A stretch of DNA of 64,000 bases from Octopus vulgaris (Eukaryota). How positions within the stretch are numbered: position 1 is the first letter of the stretch; each line of letters begins with the position of its first letter. The stretch is from assembly GCA_951406725.2 (NCBI GenBank), contig OX597835.1, positions 26,288,001-26,352,000 of the forward strand. Direction: 5' to 3'. The notes beneath the pieces are model-generated. The model was not told where the DNA came from, searched no databases, and saw only the letters and a program-made list of their open reading frames with translations. Position numbers and translations under genes: made by a program. This document shows, piece by piece, positions 30,355 to 43,845 of the stretch.

Positions 30355-31058
30355 TGGAAGTATATTCAGTTTTCAACAGCACACGCACATACGCAAGCAC
30401 ATGCATGTATATATGTGTGTATATAGATATATACGTATATATATGCACATATGTATACATATATATATATATATATACATATATATATGTACATATAAAT
30501 ATATATATATGTATACATAGATATATTCATATTCATACATACATATTTATATATAAATATATCTATATAAATTGATAGATAGATAGAGAGAGAGATAGAC
30601 ACAATCGCAAGCATATGTATATTATGTATGTATGTAAGCATGTACGTATGTATGCCTGCATGTATGCATACACAGTCTTTTTAACTTATTAGTAATAAAT
30701 AATAAATGGAAGTAAGGTAATGTAATTAATGTAATAATGCTAATGTGAATTTGTGGATTTCTTAGCAATTCTAACAAATGACTCATCTCTGCCATTTTGA
30801 ATTTTATGTTCGAAACCGTTAGAAGTATTCTTAGCGATGTCTAGAGATTTTCCGAAATTAATAATAAGTCATTAGATATTGGCACAAACGTCTATACATA
30901 GTGCTGCTCGTATTGTTATTGTTGCTGTTCTTGAAGTCATTTTTGTTTAACCCCAGGTCATCACAGAACGTGTACAGCCATGATTAGATATAGTCTAGTC
31001 TGCCCATCTGCCTTTTTGTACATGTTATATATGTAGATACAAATTTTCAAGATTTCCT

Positions 31059-31795
31059 GGCATGATTTGAAATTAGCTTCTGTTTGTTTTCGCAAATCGA
31101 GCTCGCTTCCATCATTTGCTACCAAGTGTCCATCTTCGATGAAACCAGGGAACGTTGAAATCACGTGAACTGGTGGTCTCGTTGCTGGAGTTGGTGGGTA
31201 TTTATCTCCCCGCTAGCGCTATAAGCAAGCGTGCTCTTTATACCAAAAACGTATATGAGTGTTTCTTTCATGGTATCTACCACAGCAAAGTTTCATCTAA
31301 CAGAACGTCTACATTTGAGTGGGGATAAATAATACCTCTCGCTATTAATACTGCATCTGTCGCCAATAAATATAACTAATAATTCAGCTAACATTTTAAT
31401 AAGATTTAATAATAATATCCACATATGGCATGACTTGAAATTAGCTACAATGCCTTGCGAATTGAGCTCACTGCTATCTCTAGCTGTCGGGTATCCATCA
31501 CCGATGAGACCAAGGAACGTTGAAATCATGTGATCTGGTGTTCTTGTTACTGGAATTGGTGGGATTTATCTCCCCGCTAGCGATATAAACAAGCTTAGAC
31601 TTTACACAAAAAAGGGATATGAGAGTTCCTCTCATGGTAGCTACCGAAGTAAAGCGTCATCTAACAAACCATCCACGTTTGAGTGGGGATAAATTGAACC
31701 GCTTGATATTAATACTGCCTCTGTCTTTAATATATACAATCAATAACTTAGCTAACACATTAATAGGATTTAATAGCAGTATTCACAAAAGCAAG
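31059..31795 (+). mobile_element. Diverged tandem dimer (365-nt period) carrying one type I hammerhead per unit; retrozyme-like
   Basis: Copy 2 reads CAUCA-CCGAUGA-GAC caaggaac GUU-GAAA-UCAUGUGA-UC-UGGUG (31496-31540). Copy 1 reads CAUCU-UCGAUGA-AAC..GUU-GAAA-UCACGUGA-AC-UGGUG (31131-31175). GAAA sits at 31157 and 31522. Confidence 0.75.
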
Positions 31796-32945
31796 TCAAC
31801 GGAATATCTAGAATATTTATAGAAGGAAACATGAACTATAATGGTTTCAAATTTTAGCCCTAGGCCGTCAATTTAAGTGGGCGGGGGTGTAAGTCGATAA
31901 CATCGACTCCAGTGTTCAACTGATATTTACTTTATCAACCACGAAATTTTGAAATCCACCATAGCAGAATTTGAATATTGAACGTAAAGAACCAGAAAGG
32001 AAATGTTTAAATATTCATCAATGAATTGACGATACACGAAGTGAGAGTTGCTATGCTAACAGGGAAGAGGGGAGCTTTCAGCGACTAGATCCATTTCTCT
32101 TTGGTTTGAATTCCACCTCACGGCTATAGCCATGCTGGATTACCGCCTTGTTGAATATTATTACGAAAAGATAATCTACAGTAATATTCCGTTTTCCATG
32201 TCAAGAATTCGGCCGTTACGGTCTTCAACACCTCAACTATTGAACGAAAACCGAAGCCATAACTGAAAATGTTTAACATAATGAAATAGATTAGGGCATA
32301 GATTTCAGCAACCATAACTATGGAACAAAATTTGTGACATAATTATAATCTTTCACAACATGGTTGGGAAGCAAGCTTCTGAGAAACATAGCTACGCCTT
32401 CCAAAATCTATTTTATAGCGCTGATAAGAAACTGGCTCTGTATTTCTTTTATTTGGTCTGGAAGAAAAGGTCTAAAGTCGTGACATTGATTGGCCCTCTC
32501 TCACGAGTGGAATCGATAGATCAATGCCGTTAATATAGTCTAAGAAATGTCATTCTGTCACCAGCCACAGCGGTTAGTACTAGACCGCTGTGTGCGCTTT
32601 GTACGGCCTCTAACTCGTTTGTATTTCAGAACGCGAGAATAACTTCCGGCGTATGAAACCCCACCAACGCGCTGTCATGTCTGTTGTGGCTGTATTCTCA
32701 TCCGACTGTCAGAGACAATGTGTTTAATTGTCTCTTGCTGTAGTTCTTGCCCATCTCCACATCTTGTACAGCTATTTATTGTTTTATGCATCATTACATC
32801 TTTTGTTGTTCCTGCTTGGAAAGCTTTGATCCTGCACTGTTGCAATTAAGACGCATCCATTGTAACAAATATTTCTTTCCCTATTTTCACCCTATTTGGC
32901 TTCTTTCTGTTTTTCTTTCTTACCCTCTTCCTTCCTTTCTTTCTG

Positions 32946-32988
<43 letters not shown>

Positions 32989-33426
32989 CCCTTTCTTCCT
33001 TTCTTTCTTTCTTTCTTCCTTCCTTCCTTCCTTTCTTTCTTTCTTTCTCCCTTTCTTCCTTTCTTTCTTTCTTTCATTTTTATATTACTTCATTTTCCAT
33101 AATTTTTTTTCTTCCTCCCATCATTTTATCGTGACACTCTGTATCCACGTTTATAGATTTCTTTTTAGCCTTTTAACAAATTCTCTTGATGTTTCTTCTT
33201 CTCTCTCTCCCCTCACAGCTCCCCGTCATTTCCGTCTCTGTTTTGTAAATTTTCGTTTCCTTGAAGACAGAAAACAATCTTTTTTCGTCTTTTTGTTTCG
33301 TTCGTGTTTTCCAGCGATTAGTATTAGTTTTCACGTTATTCTTTACCAGATATATTTGTAGTCCTACAATAAATATTATATAATGGGTTTCTGGTTGCAT
33401 AAGATGCCTACCTCCCTTAAACTACA

Positions 33427-33485
<59 letters not shown>

Positions 33486-33501
33486 AACAACAACAACAAC
33501 A

Positions 33502-33540
<39 letters not shown>

Positions 33541-33591
33541 GTTTTGTATGTTGACGCAAATGGATATCCATGACAGAACTCATATAAAAAG

Positions 33592-33651
<60 letters not shown>

Positions 33652-34754
33652 TACATATATACATATATAAATGCGTGTATGTGTGTATATACCTATATAT
33701 ATAAGTGCATACCATGCATTTATATATATATATATATATATACAAACAAACACAAGCACACACACGTATATACATATCTGTGTGCGCATAATCATACATG
33801 CATATATACAACTATTTCTTCCTCCCTCTCTCGCTCGCTCCATCCGTCCATACATTCCTCATCTATCCACCCATCCATCCATCCACCCATCCATCCATCC
33901 ATCCCTGCATCCATCCATCCATCCATCCATCCATCCATCCGTACATACATGAAAGTTAGTTGCACAGACAGCTCAGCTAAGCAACACAATATTCTACGCG
34001 ATACAATATTCTTTCTATGCGAGATATTTAGCAACAAAATTTGTTCCACGGCTAAACATGTAGTAAAATTACATTACGTCTGTGTGAAATTAGTTAACAA
34101 AACAAATGAACCTCAGATATATCTCACAGCATATATATTTACCTCGTAAGACATCTAGGGGTTTCGGACAAACCTCTTTGAAGAGAATTTTGGGATTGTG
34201 TGGGCAGAGTCGATTCAAGTGGGATCAATAGCCTTGCAAAATATCTAATGCACATCCGACAATCAGATTGGTTACATCTAGATCTCCCGAATATCTCAAC
34301 GTGGTCTGAGCCTACTTCCAGCGTCTCATAGAGGGCGTATAGGGCTAGAATTTTCTTTACATTGATGGATGGTAATGGCATCAGTTGACCTCGGCGTAAT
34401 TTGAAACTCAGAGAGCAGAGAAACTGGAAAAAATATCGATCTCTCTATAATTGACCATCCTGAGAATAAGTTGAAATCTGTCTACAAAAGACTGCAAGAG
34501 ATACTGCCTACACGTACACACATACATACATACACACACACATATATATATATATACATACATACATGCATACATACATACATACATACATACATACATA
34601 CATACATACATACAAATGTGTCTATGTAAGTAAGTATGATTTGCATATATTGTATATACATGTATATATATATATATATAATACTTATATAAATAAATAT
34701 ATATATATATGTATGTATGTATGTGTATGTATGTATGTATGTATGTATCTATCA

Positions 34755-34799
<45 letters not shown>

Positions 34800-34920
34800 A
34801 CAAGATAAGGGCAGAAGAAAAATTCTAATGCCATATACGCCGAAACAAAAAAATTGTCGATAACCATTAAATTTATTCGTCTCGAAATAAACCGATAGAA
34901 ATCTCTAAAAAATTCGTTAT

Positions 34921-34980
34921 TACCGTATTGGTCCAATTTCGGGGTTAATTCACAAGAAATTTTCCCCTCTTCAGCGGCAC
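34921..34980 (-). ncRNA. Type I hammerhead ribozyme (copy 1)
   Basis: GUGCCG-CUGAAGA-GGGG(19 nt)CCCC-GAAA-UUGGACCAA-UA/CGGUA. Canonical core, stem I UGCCG:CGGUA, stem II 4 G-C pairs, near-palindromic stem III AUUGG-A-CCAAU. Confidence 0.9.
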
Positions 34981-35385
34981 ATACGCGAGATATAAATGAA
35001 ATACTTATTCATACCCACGGAAGAAGCAAGCACCAAGTCCCGAGCAGACTTAAGTACCCCAAATATATCCAAATAGAAAAATCTTCGGCGCACCTCGAGA
35101 CACGTATGATTCGAACTAGAAACTTTCACAGAGTGATAGAATCCGGAAGTGAAACACTAATCTATTTATAATTGATATAGGATAAAATTGTTTTCGGGGA
35201 AAAAATTTTATCAATGGCCAGCATATCAAAAAATGCCTTTAAAGGTAAAATTTATACATAATTTACAAGATAAGGGCAGAAGAAAAATCCTAATGCCAGA
35301 TACGCCGAAACAAAAAAATTGTCGATAACCATTAAATTTATGCGTCTCGAAAAAAACCGATAGAAATCTCTAAAAAATTCGTTAT

Positions 35386-35445
35386 TACCGTATTGGTCCA
35401 ATTTCGGGGTTAATTCACAAGAAATTTTCCCCTCTTCAGCGGCAC
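35386..35445 (-). ncRNA. Type I hammerhead ribozyme (copy 2)
   Basis: Identical to 34921-34980, 465 nt away. Confidence 0.9.
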
Positions 35446-35470
35446 ATACTATATCAATTATATATATATC

Positions 35471-35508
<38 letters not shown>

Positions 35509-36046
35509 CTCTTTATGAAGAATAAGGTCTTACAAAAGAATGTACGGAGGTTCTATGTTTTAGCTGCTCAGTAGTCTTCTTTACTTGCTGTTGATATTTA
35601 TGGCATTTCTTTTTTGTATTTGGAAGGTGGAGCTTATTTGTCGAGTATGTCATTGTGTTGTTAACATAGAAAATTGTCTATTTCATGCTTGGATGTTCAC
35701 AAGAGGATGTGGCTGGTGTAAAAGCTTTTGGTCAGTATATTTCTCTCTAGACGTTCGCTAGTCTATAAACAATTTAATTATTATATACAAAATTTTAACC
35801 TTTGTTTCTTATGGACGTAAGACTTTCCGGCTATCTACTAATCAATAATTCTTCAAATTTGTTTCAAGTATAATTATGCTATGATATATTATTTTAAGAC
35901 TGTGGACATATGCCAAAGTGGAGCATTACAAATTAAGGACGGCCACACGTAGAGACACAGACACAAACAGACATACACGCATACATATATATACATACAT
36001 TGTATATATACTTATACATATATATATATGTGTATATATATATATG

Positions 36047-36128
<82 letters not shown>

Positions 36129-36599
36129 TATCTTTTGTCTTACTTGTTGCACTCATTATACTGCGGCCACACTGGAGCACCGCCATGAGATTTAGTCGAA
36201 CAGATCGATCCCAGTAATTATTTCTGACGCGTGATAGTTATTCTATCATTCTCGTCAGCCGAACCGCTGAATCATAGAGGACATAAACACACCAACACCA
36301 GTTCTCAAGCGGTGAAGAGAGGGAGACAAATACAGATACACCATATATATATATATCATTAAAAAAAGGAAAAACACAAGAAAAAAAGCAACAACGCGAG
36401 GACGTGGTACATGCAATGTATTAGCAGCACGTGTTTCTTCTTGGGGGTGGGGTTTGGGGTGGGGGTGGGGGTTTAACTATTTACCGCACGCTCCCACAGA
36501 CCCGGGCTTCCGACTGACTTTGTTTACCTAAGTCACAGAAATCATTCTACCATCGGACTACATTTCCTTGTTCATTCAGAATATGCCATTTCTGCATCT

Positions 36600-36631
<32 letters not shown>

Positions 36632-36684
36632 TATATATATATATATACACATATATATGTATGTATATATGTATGTATGTATGT

Positions 36685-37174
36685 ATGGATGGATGGATGG
36701 ATGGATGGATGGATGGATGGATGGATGGATGGATGGATGGATGGATGGATGGATGGATGGATGGATGGATGGATGGATGGATGGATGGATGGATGGATAT
36801 ATGGATGGATGGATGGATGGATGGATGGGTGGATGGATTGATGGATGGATGGATGGATGGATGGATGGATGGATGGATGGGTGGATGGATGGATGGATGG
36901 ATGGATGGATGGATGGATATATGGATGGATGGATGGATGGATGGATGGATGGATGGATTGATGGGTGGATGGATGGATGGATGGATGGATGGATGGGTGG
37001 ATGGATGGATGGATGGATGGATGGATGGGTGGATGGATGGATGGATGGATGGATGGATGGATGGATGGGTGGATGGATGGATGGATGGATGGATGGATGG
37101 ATGGATGGATGGATGGGTGGATGGATGGATGGATGGATGGATGGATGGATGGATGGATGGATGGGTGGATGGAT
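36685..37174. repeat. (GGAT)n tetranucleotide array, about 490 bp
   Basis: Direct reading. Confidence 0.97.
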
Positions 37175-38384
37175 GTATATACATACATACCACGGGATTC
37201 CTTCATTTTTCGTCTACCAAACCCACTCTCAAAGATTTTGATGGTCCGAACTTATGATAGAAGGTACTTGACTAAGGTGTCTTATGGTGGGACCGGTCCC
37301 GGAACCATGTAGTTCCGAAGCCAACTTCATACTACACAGCCATGCCTGTATATCCTTATATCCATATATAAATACAATATGTATATGCGTGTGTGTTGAT
37401 ATGCGTGCATGGATATATATATATATATATATATATATATCTATAGGCACATATTTTGTATTGCTCGAGTGTAATATATTCATATACACATATACATTAG
37501 TACAAATGTCCATCTCTCTCCCCGCCACACACCCAAGCACACATACACACACACACGCACACACGCACACACAAGCACACACACACACACAAGCACACAC
37601 ACACACACCTACACACGTCGATACACATTTATACATTCATAGATAGCTTTTGAAGTTAAAAAGACGGGAACGCCGAGTAAGACAAGAACCTTTGAAGTAG
37701 AGTGTATATATTTTCGCAAAGTAATAAGCAAAAGAATAAATACCGTTATTGGATGTCTCGCGATGGAGAGTAACTGACCACTTAGAATTGGTGGAACCAA
37801 ATTCCAATAGAGAACGCTTTGTAGCTTTGATTGTTTTATTTGGGAATCAGGTAATAAACAACATTATTCTCACTTTGGTGAGCTCGCAGAATTTTCCTAT
37901 TCTTTTCTTATCATTTGTGGCGCTTTTACATTTAAACTTTTTCTTTTTACACACGCACACACACACACACATGAACACAAACGCACATACACACACAAGC
38001 ATGCACACACACATAGACACAAGCACATACATACCCGTAGTATATGTATTATAATACACATACATATATTATACATATATGTATATATATCATATTTTTA
38101 TATATGTATGTATGTATGGATGTATGTATGTATGCATGTATGTATGTATATATATATATATATCCTATATATGTCTCATATATATATATATAAAATATAT
38201 ATTATATTATATATATATGTATATATATATATATATATACATATATAAAATATATATATATATATATAGATAAATAGATAGATAGATAGTTAGATAGATA
38301 GATAGACAGATAGATATATAGGTAGATATGATACACACACACAATCACACATGTATATATCTATGTATATATATATGTATATAT

Positions 38385-38425
<41 letters not shown>

Positions 38426-38832
38426 CCTGATATATGTCTGAAATCTATGTCCGTGATCGTATCTGCATACGCGTGTCTATGTGTGTGTGTGTGCGTGTGT
38501 TTGTGTGTGTGTGTGTGTGTGTATGTTTGTGAGTGTGTGTGCCTTATGGGCATATGCAATTGTAGCTGTATTCTTTGCAACAACTTCGAGTATGAAGATT
38601 TGCAGACTAATCTATATGATTTAATACGCACATAAAATTGATGTATGGTGTTATAAGAATATATATATAAAAGGGTGTATTTGTGTGTGTGCATCTGTAT
38701 ATATATATATGTGTGCGTGTATGTGTGTGTGTGTATATTGCGCGCGTGTGTGTGTCTGTGTGTGCCTGCTTATGTGTCTGTGAGTTTGAGTATGTTCGTT
38801 GTTAATGGCCTACTGTGATCAGTCTTCTCCAT

Positions 38833-38872
<40 letters not shown>

Positions 38873-38925
38873 ATACATACATACATGCATACATACATAC
38901 ATACATACATACATACATACATACA

Positions 38926-38957
<32 letters not shown>

Positions 38958-39117
38958 CATGCATGCACACACACATATATATATTTCTGCACATATCTTT
39001 TATAAGTGGCAGCCGTGGAAATTCTTCGGAATGGAAAACAATTAAGAGGACCTATTTAAGAAAGAAAAGATGATTTGCATTTTTATGGCGTTCATAGTTT
39101 AGCTTTCTTTAAATGTC

Positions 39118-39517
39118 CTTTTCTACTCTAGGTTAGATCTACCCCAGTACGCAACTGGTACTTAATTTCTCTACCCCGAAAGGATGAAAGGCAAAGTCGA
39201 CCTCGGCGGAATTTGAACTCAGAACGTAGCGGCAGAGGAAATACCTATTTGTTTACTACCCACAAGGAGCTACACATAGAGGCGACAAACAAGAACAGAA
39301 AAACGGATTAAGTCGATTATATCGATCCCCAGTGCGTAACTGGTACTTATTTAATCGACCTCGGGGGAATTTGAGCTCAGAAGGTAGCGGCAGAGGAAAT
39401 ACCTATTTCTTTACTACCCACAAAGGGCTAAACACAGAGGGGACAAACAAGGACAGATAAACGGATTAAGTCGATTACATCGAGCCCAGTGCGTAACTGG
39501 TACTTAATTTATCGACC
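39118..39517 (-). mobile_element. SINE family A with internally duplicated segment
   Basis: cgacctcgg.ggaatttga.ctcagaa.gtagcggcagaggaaatacctattt...ggattaagtcgatta occurs twice in tandem. Confidence 0.85.
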
Positions 39518-39555
39518 TTTAGATATGTGTGTGTGTGTGTCTATGTGTTTGTACG

Positions 39556-39598
<43 letters not shown>

Positions 39599-39699
39599 AT
39601 GTGTGTGTATGTATGTGTGTATATTCATATTGTTCTATGTAAAGCGTTGTCTGGAAAAAAATGCTGTGTACACAAGAACAATACTTGGAGCATTGTGTC

Positions 39700-41450
39700 T
39701 AACCTATTTTCTGCTATTAAAACATGGTGGCAACGTGGGAATTTTCAATGTTAGCCTTTCGGCAATTCTTAAATATTTGAGAGGTTTTCGAAACGACGCG
39801 AACAAAATTGAGCCTAAAAATCGATGAAGTAATACCCAATGTAAATATTTGTTAGTGATCTGAATAGCGCAATGTTATCTGGAATCTCAGAGCTGCAGCT
39901 TCCTATTGTCTCAGAATTTTGATAAATGAGAAGCAATATGGACGACAAAAGAAACAGTTTTCGACAAAGCCACCAATTAACGCGAGTAGCCACCGCACAT
40001 TTTGCGTTATTTGCAATCGTTCAATCAGGTGACATAATTAAAATGCTACTTTTGAAAGATTGCATTGGAAACATTTTGTTCTATACTAACAGAACCTGAA
40101 CAATAAGAGAAACTCTTAGAGAAGCTAAAAGCTGCACGTGGCTCTCTTTGCGATTAGAATTCATTCTCTACAATGATTACGTAATAGCTTGATAATTGCA
40201 AGACTGCAGCATGTCTTCACTGATAACAGTTGACGTTCAAACAAGATAGATTCCGATTTGAAATGGAGGGAGCTTCATACATCACTGTCTACTATTTTCA
40301 ATCACAACAACTTAATCCTTGATTAAGTAACGTAGCATTTTCTATTAGCGTGGGCAAAAACCTGATGACTGTTTCGTCTTTAAGTATTAACATCTGACTC
40401 GAATACAAAGCGTCGTAGCAAAAGTCTGTACTGGCTATAATTTCATTAGAATATCTGTCGGGATAAATTCAGCAAGTCTTTGTTAAGTGCCATCAGACTT
40501 AAATAACTCATTTTGGTATTACAACGTTATGGAGAAGATGTGTTGCAAAGAATCCTGTTAATGAGGACTCGGCAAGAGATCACCGACGAGAGAAAAGCCT
40601 GCAGTGTCGGTAAGACTGGAGATCGAAGGCTGATGCCGCCATATTTGATAAGTAAGGCGGTCTGTTGCCATCTAGTGTTGTCGAATTGAACGTTGCATAT
40701 CTCTTTCTACGGCCACCTTATGGAGAATAAATCCACTTACATCAAACGTAAACAAGCTTTTATTACTGAGGTAAAGTCATTGAAGTCTGCATTTCAGCTA
40801 TGGAGGAGCGCTTGAAAGTTTTCAGCATGCAACTGTATATTGTTCACTTCAGGTGTTTCTGTAGTTTTGCATTAGCCTTGATGTTTCTCCACTGCCTCAC
40901 ATAAATATTGATCTTAACTAGAGCTAGTGTGAGAGGGCGACTGAATGGTCGTGAGTATGTCAGAAGAAGCCACCATAAGCAGTAATGATCCAAGTAGCAG
41001 CCCTCTGAGGCACTCGGCTAAAGATTCAGTCCTCAGAGAGAAAGAGCACCTTTGGCAGCAAATACCCTAAATCCAACCGTTCAAAAAATCGTGCAGAAAT
41101 TCCTCTAGTTTTTCTATACGACTGTATTTAGCTTTATCGAAGACCTAACCACAGTCAAGATATATCTCATTTACATTTATATGGATTTTCTGTTGTTGCA
41201 GAACCCGGTTGTAATGCTGTCATAACTGTGTGAGACAGTTCCATCTTTGGCGGTGACTGTGCTGCATATAAGCGAGTTGTGCTCTTCTAGGAACATGATA
41301 TAAATATCAATGAAATTCATCGAAGCAATATTTGGAATTGCTTGTCATAGATGAAGAATTACCTTGGATGTTTAGTCTAGTTGCACTTACTGGATTCTGA
41401 ATGCTTGATAGCGTTAGCCAAGTTTCTTTAGCACTGAGAATTTTATAGAT
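39700..41450. other. Microsatellite-free block, possibly a decayed DNA-transposon (hAT-like) coding relic
   Basis: About 1.7 kb of complex sequence with no ORF of 60 aa or more and no SINEs. The family assignment is a guess. Confidence 0.25.
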
Positions 41451-41484
41451 ATCTGCTTGGATTTATTAATTCCTTTTACTTCTC

Positions 41485-41532
<48 letters not shown>

Positions 41533-41689
41533 AACATACATACATACATACATACGTACATGCATACATACATAGATACATACATACATGCATACATACA
41601 TATGTGCATACATACACACACACACATACATACATACATACATACATACATACATACATACATACATACATACATACATACATGCATAC

Positions 41690-41728
<39 letters not shown>

Positions 41729-42024
41729 AACAGTAAAAATAAATACAAACATGGACAAGAACGTGAAACGCCAAGGAAACGACACAAGAACCACAGGACG
41801 GGACATTCGAAGCCCCCAGTCATCAGTCAAGAACCAGATTATCTTCGCAATTTCGGCTGATTAATCTTGAGATTGCTCCGATCTGGGCAGCCCCCGAGGG
41901 AAATCTAAGCCAAGCGCATTAGATCCCTTGGAAGAAAGCTTCGAATGTATACAACACAAGGACGGAAAACCAACGATGTACACGAATAAAAATACAGAAT
42001 ACGTGACAACAATAAGGAAAGCAC

Positions 42025-42028
<4 letters not shown>
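41729..42028 (-). mobile_element. Structured non-autonomous element (Penelope-like) between (TA)n tracts
   Basis: 300-bp insert in (TA)n. Minus strand has GGCUG...CAGCC-GAAA, a CUGAUGA, and an 11-bp inverted pair acattcgaagc/gcttcgaatgt. Confidence 0.45.
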
Positions 42029-42059
<31 letters not shown>

Positions 42060-42582
42060 AGTCATTTCGCTAATACAATGTGGCAGTCTTATACAGGCCG
42101 ATGTTACTACTTTTTAGCTCCAGGAAAACATCTTCTACAATTGACTACCGACGCATTGTCTGTGTCCGTATACCGTGGGCAAGGGACTTTATGGCTCCGT
42201 TTCTAGCGTTATCGGTACCTGTAATTCAATGGTTCCTAGGATATTTACCTTACTCAGTACAAGACAGTCGCCGGCTAGAGATGTTTCCATGGGGCTAAAA
42301 AGCAATAACATCGTCCTATGTAGGACTGCCACATTGTGTTGGCGAATAGATTTTGCTTTTCGTTACTGATGCTGCATATTTCTCTCAGAGATTTAAAACT
42401 AGTTGTATTTCTCTTTATATATATATTTAAAGGGAAATATATACATATTCAAAACTTACGAGTTGGTGTAGATAACATCCGGCCTACATATGTTTCATAC
42501 CTAGCGGTACCTGGGAAGTGGTAAATTATCCAAACAAATGTTAGACCACAAGTTACTCTTCAGGCCAAGGATATCGTCATTA

Positions 42583-43845
42583 TACGAGGGACATTCAATA
42601 AGTAATGCACCTGACCCACTTGCAGAAATTTTGAAAGTGCAATTATTTATATCTCTATAGATTAAGTGGCAAATTACAGCTCTGAACTAATTGTGGTTTC
42701 TGATTTACAGGTGTTTTAACTGAGTCAAGTGTGAAATGGAGCCTGTTGAGTGTCGAGCAGTGATCCGGTTTTTGTATTTGAAAGGACGCACACCACGGGA
42801 GACTTTTGATGAAATGAAAGTAACTTATGGTGATGATGCCCCATCATATGACCTTGTTAAACGCTGGCATCGTGAATTCAAACATGGTCGGAACTCTGTG
42901 GAAATAGCTCCCAGATCTGGTCGCCCCCCCCCCCCCTTCTGCCATTGATGAGGCATCTGTCCGTCAAGTTGGGGCTGCCATTTTGGAAGATCGACGCATA
43001 ACTATTCGCCAAATAGCCCATGAGGTCAACATTAGTACCAGGTCTGTGGAAACTTTCATCCATGACCATTTGCATATGCAAAAGGTGTCTGCCAGATGGA
43101 TTCCCAGGTTGCTCACACCTTTCCAGAAGCAAGAACGCGTCGAGTGCTCGAGGATGAATTTGGAGACGTGTCAAGAAGATGAGTCAAAATCTTTGAAAAG
43201 ACTGATTACACAGGATGAAACCTGCGTCCATCGCGATGATCCAGAGACCAAAGCCCAGTCAATGCAGTGGAAGCACCGTGACTCACCTCCTCCAAAGAAG
43301 GCAAGGGTGCAGCTCTCCGCTGGCAAGGTCATGCTCACAGTCTTCTGGGACCAGGACGGAGTAGTGATGACAGATTTCCTGGCAAAGGGTACCACAATTA
43401 CAGGAGCCTATTATGCTTCACTTTTGAGGAAATTAAGAGAAGCTATCAAAATCAAGAGGTGGGGCAAGATCAGCAAAGGCATCCTCCTCCTGCAGGACAA
43501 CGCTCCGGTCCACAACTCTCTTGTCGCCAGATCAGAAGCACAGGCGTCCGGCTATGAACTCCTCCCCCATACCCCTACTCTCCTGACCTAGCACCCTCTG
43601 ATTTTCACCTCTTCCCAGCCATGAAGTTGTTTTTGAAAGGAAAGCGTTTCCCAGATGATGCAGCCTTGATTTCTGAAGTCACGTCGTGGTTGGAGGACCA
43701 AGCTGGGGTCTTCTACAAAAACGGTCTCCAGAGCTGTATTAAACGATGGGAGAAATGCGTAACTCTGGGTGGTTCCTATGTAGAAAAAGACTAATAACTG
43801 TGCCAAGTTTCGTTGCTCTACTGCTATGGGAAGTGGGTCGTGTCA
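42583..43845 (+). mobile_element. Mariner (Tc1/mariner, D,D34D) transposon, near full length, frameshifted transposase at 42736-43795
   Basis: Left TIR TA-cgagggacattcaataagtaatgcacctgacccact and partial right TIR agtgggtcg. Protein motifs: CRAVIRFLYLKG..RSGRP, WIPRLL, ITQDET, VFWD, LQDNAPVH, and a shifted YSPDLAPSDF. Confidence 0.95.

Larger units (their letters stand above)
34793..35462 (-). mobile_element. Retrozyme-like non-autonomous retroelement: 465-nt unit in partial tandem with two identical hammerheads
   Basis: About 190-bp direct repeats at 34793-34984 and 35258-35449, with 4 differences, none in the HHR. No long ORF. (TA)n on both flanks. Confidence 0.9.

Noticed and set aside
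34139-34381. Minus-strand 80-aa ORF ending near a splice donor
   Set aside because: No recognisable protein similarity and no clear acceptor.
42736-43795. SETMAR-like host gene
   Set aside because: No SET domain, TIRs are present and there are two frameshifts, so this is a dead mariner.
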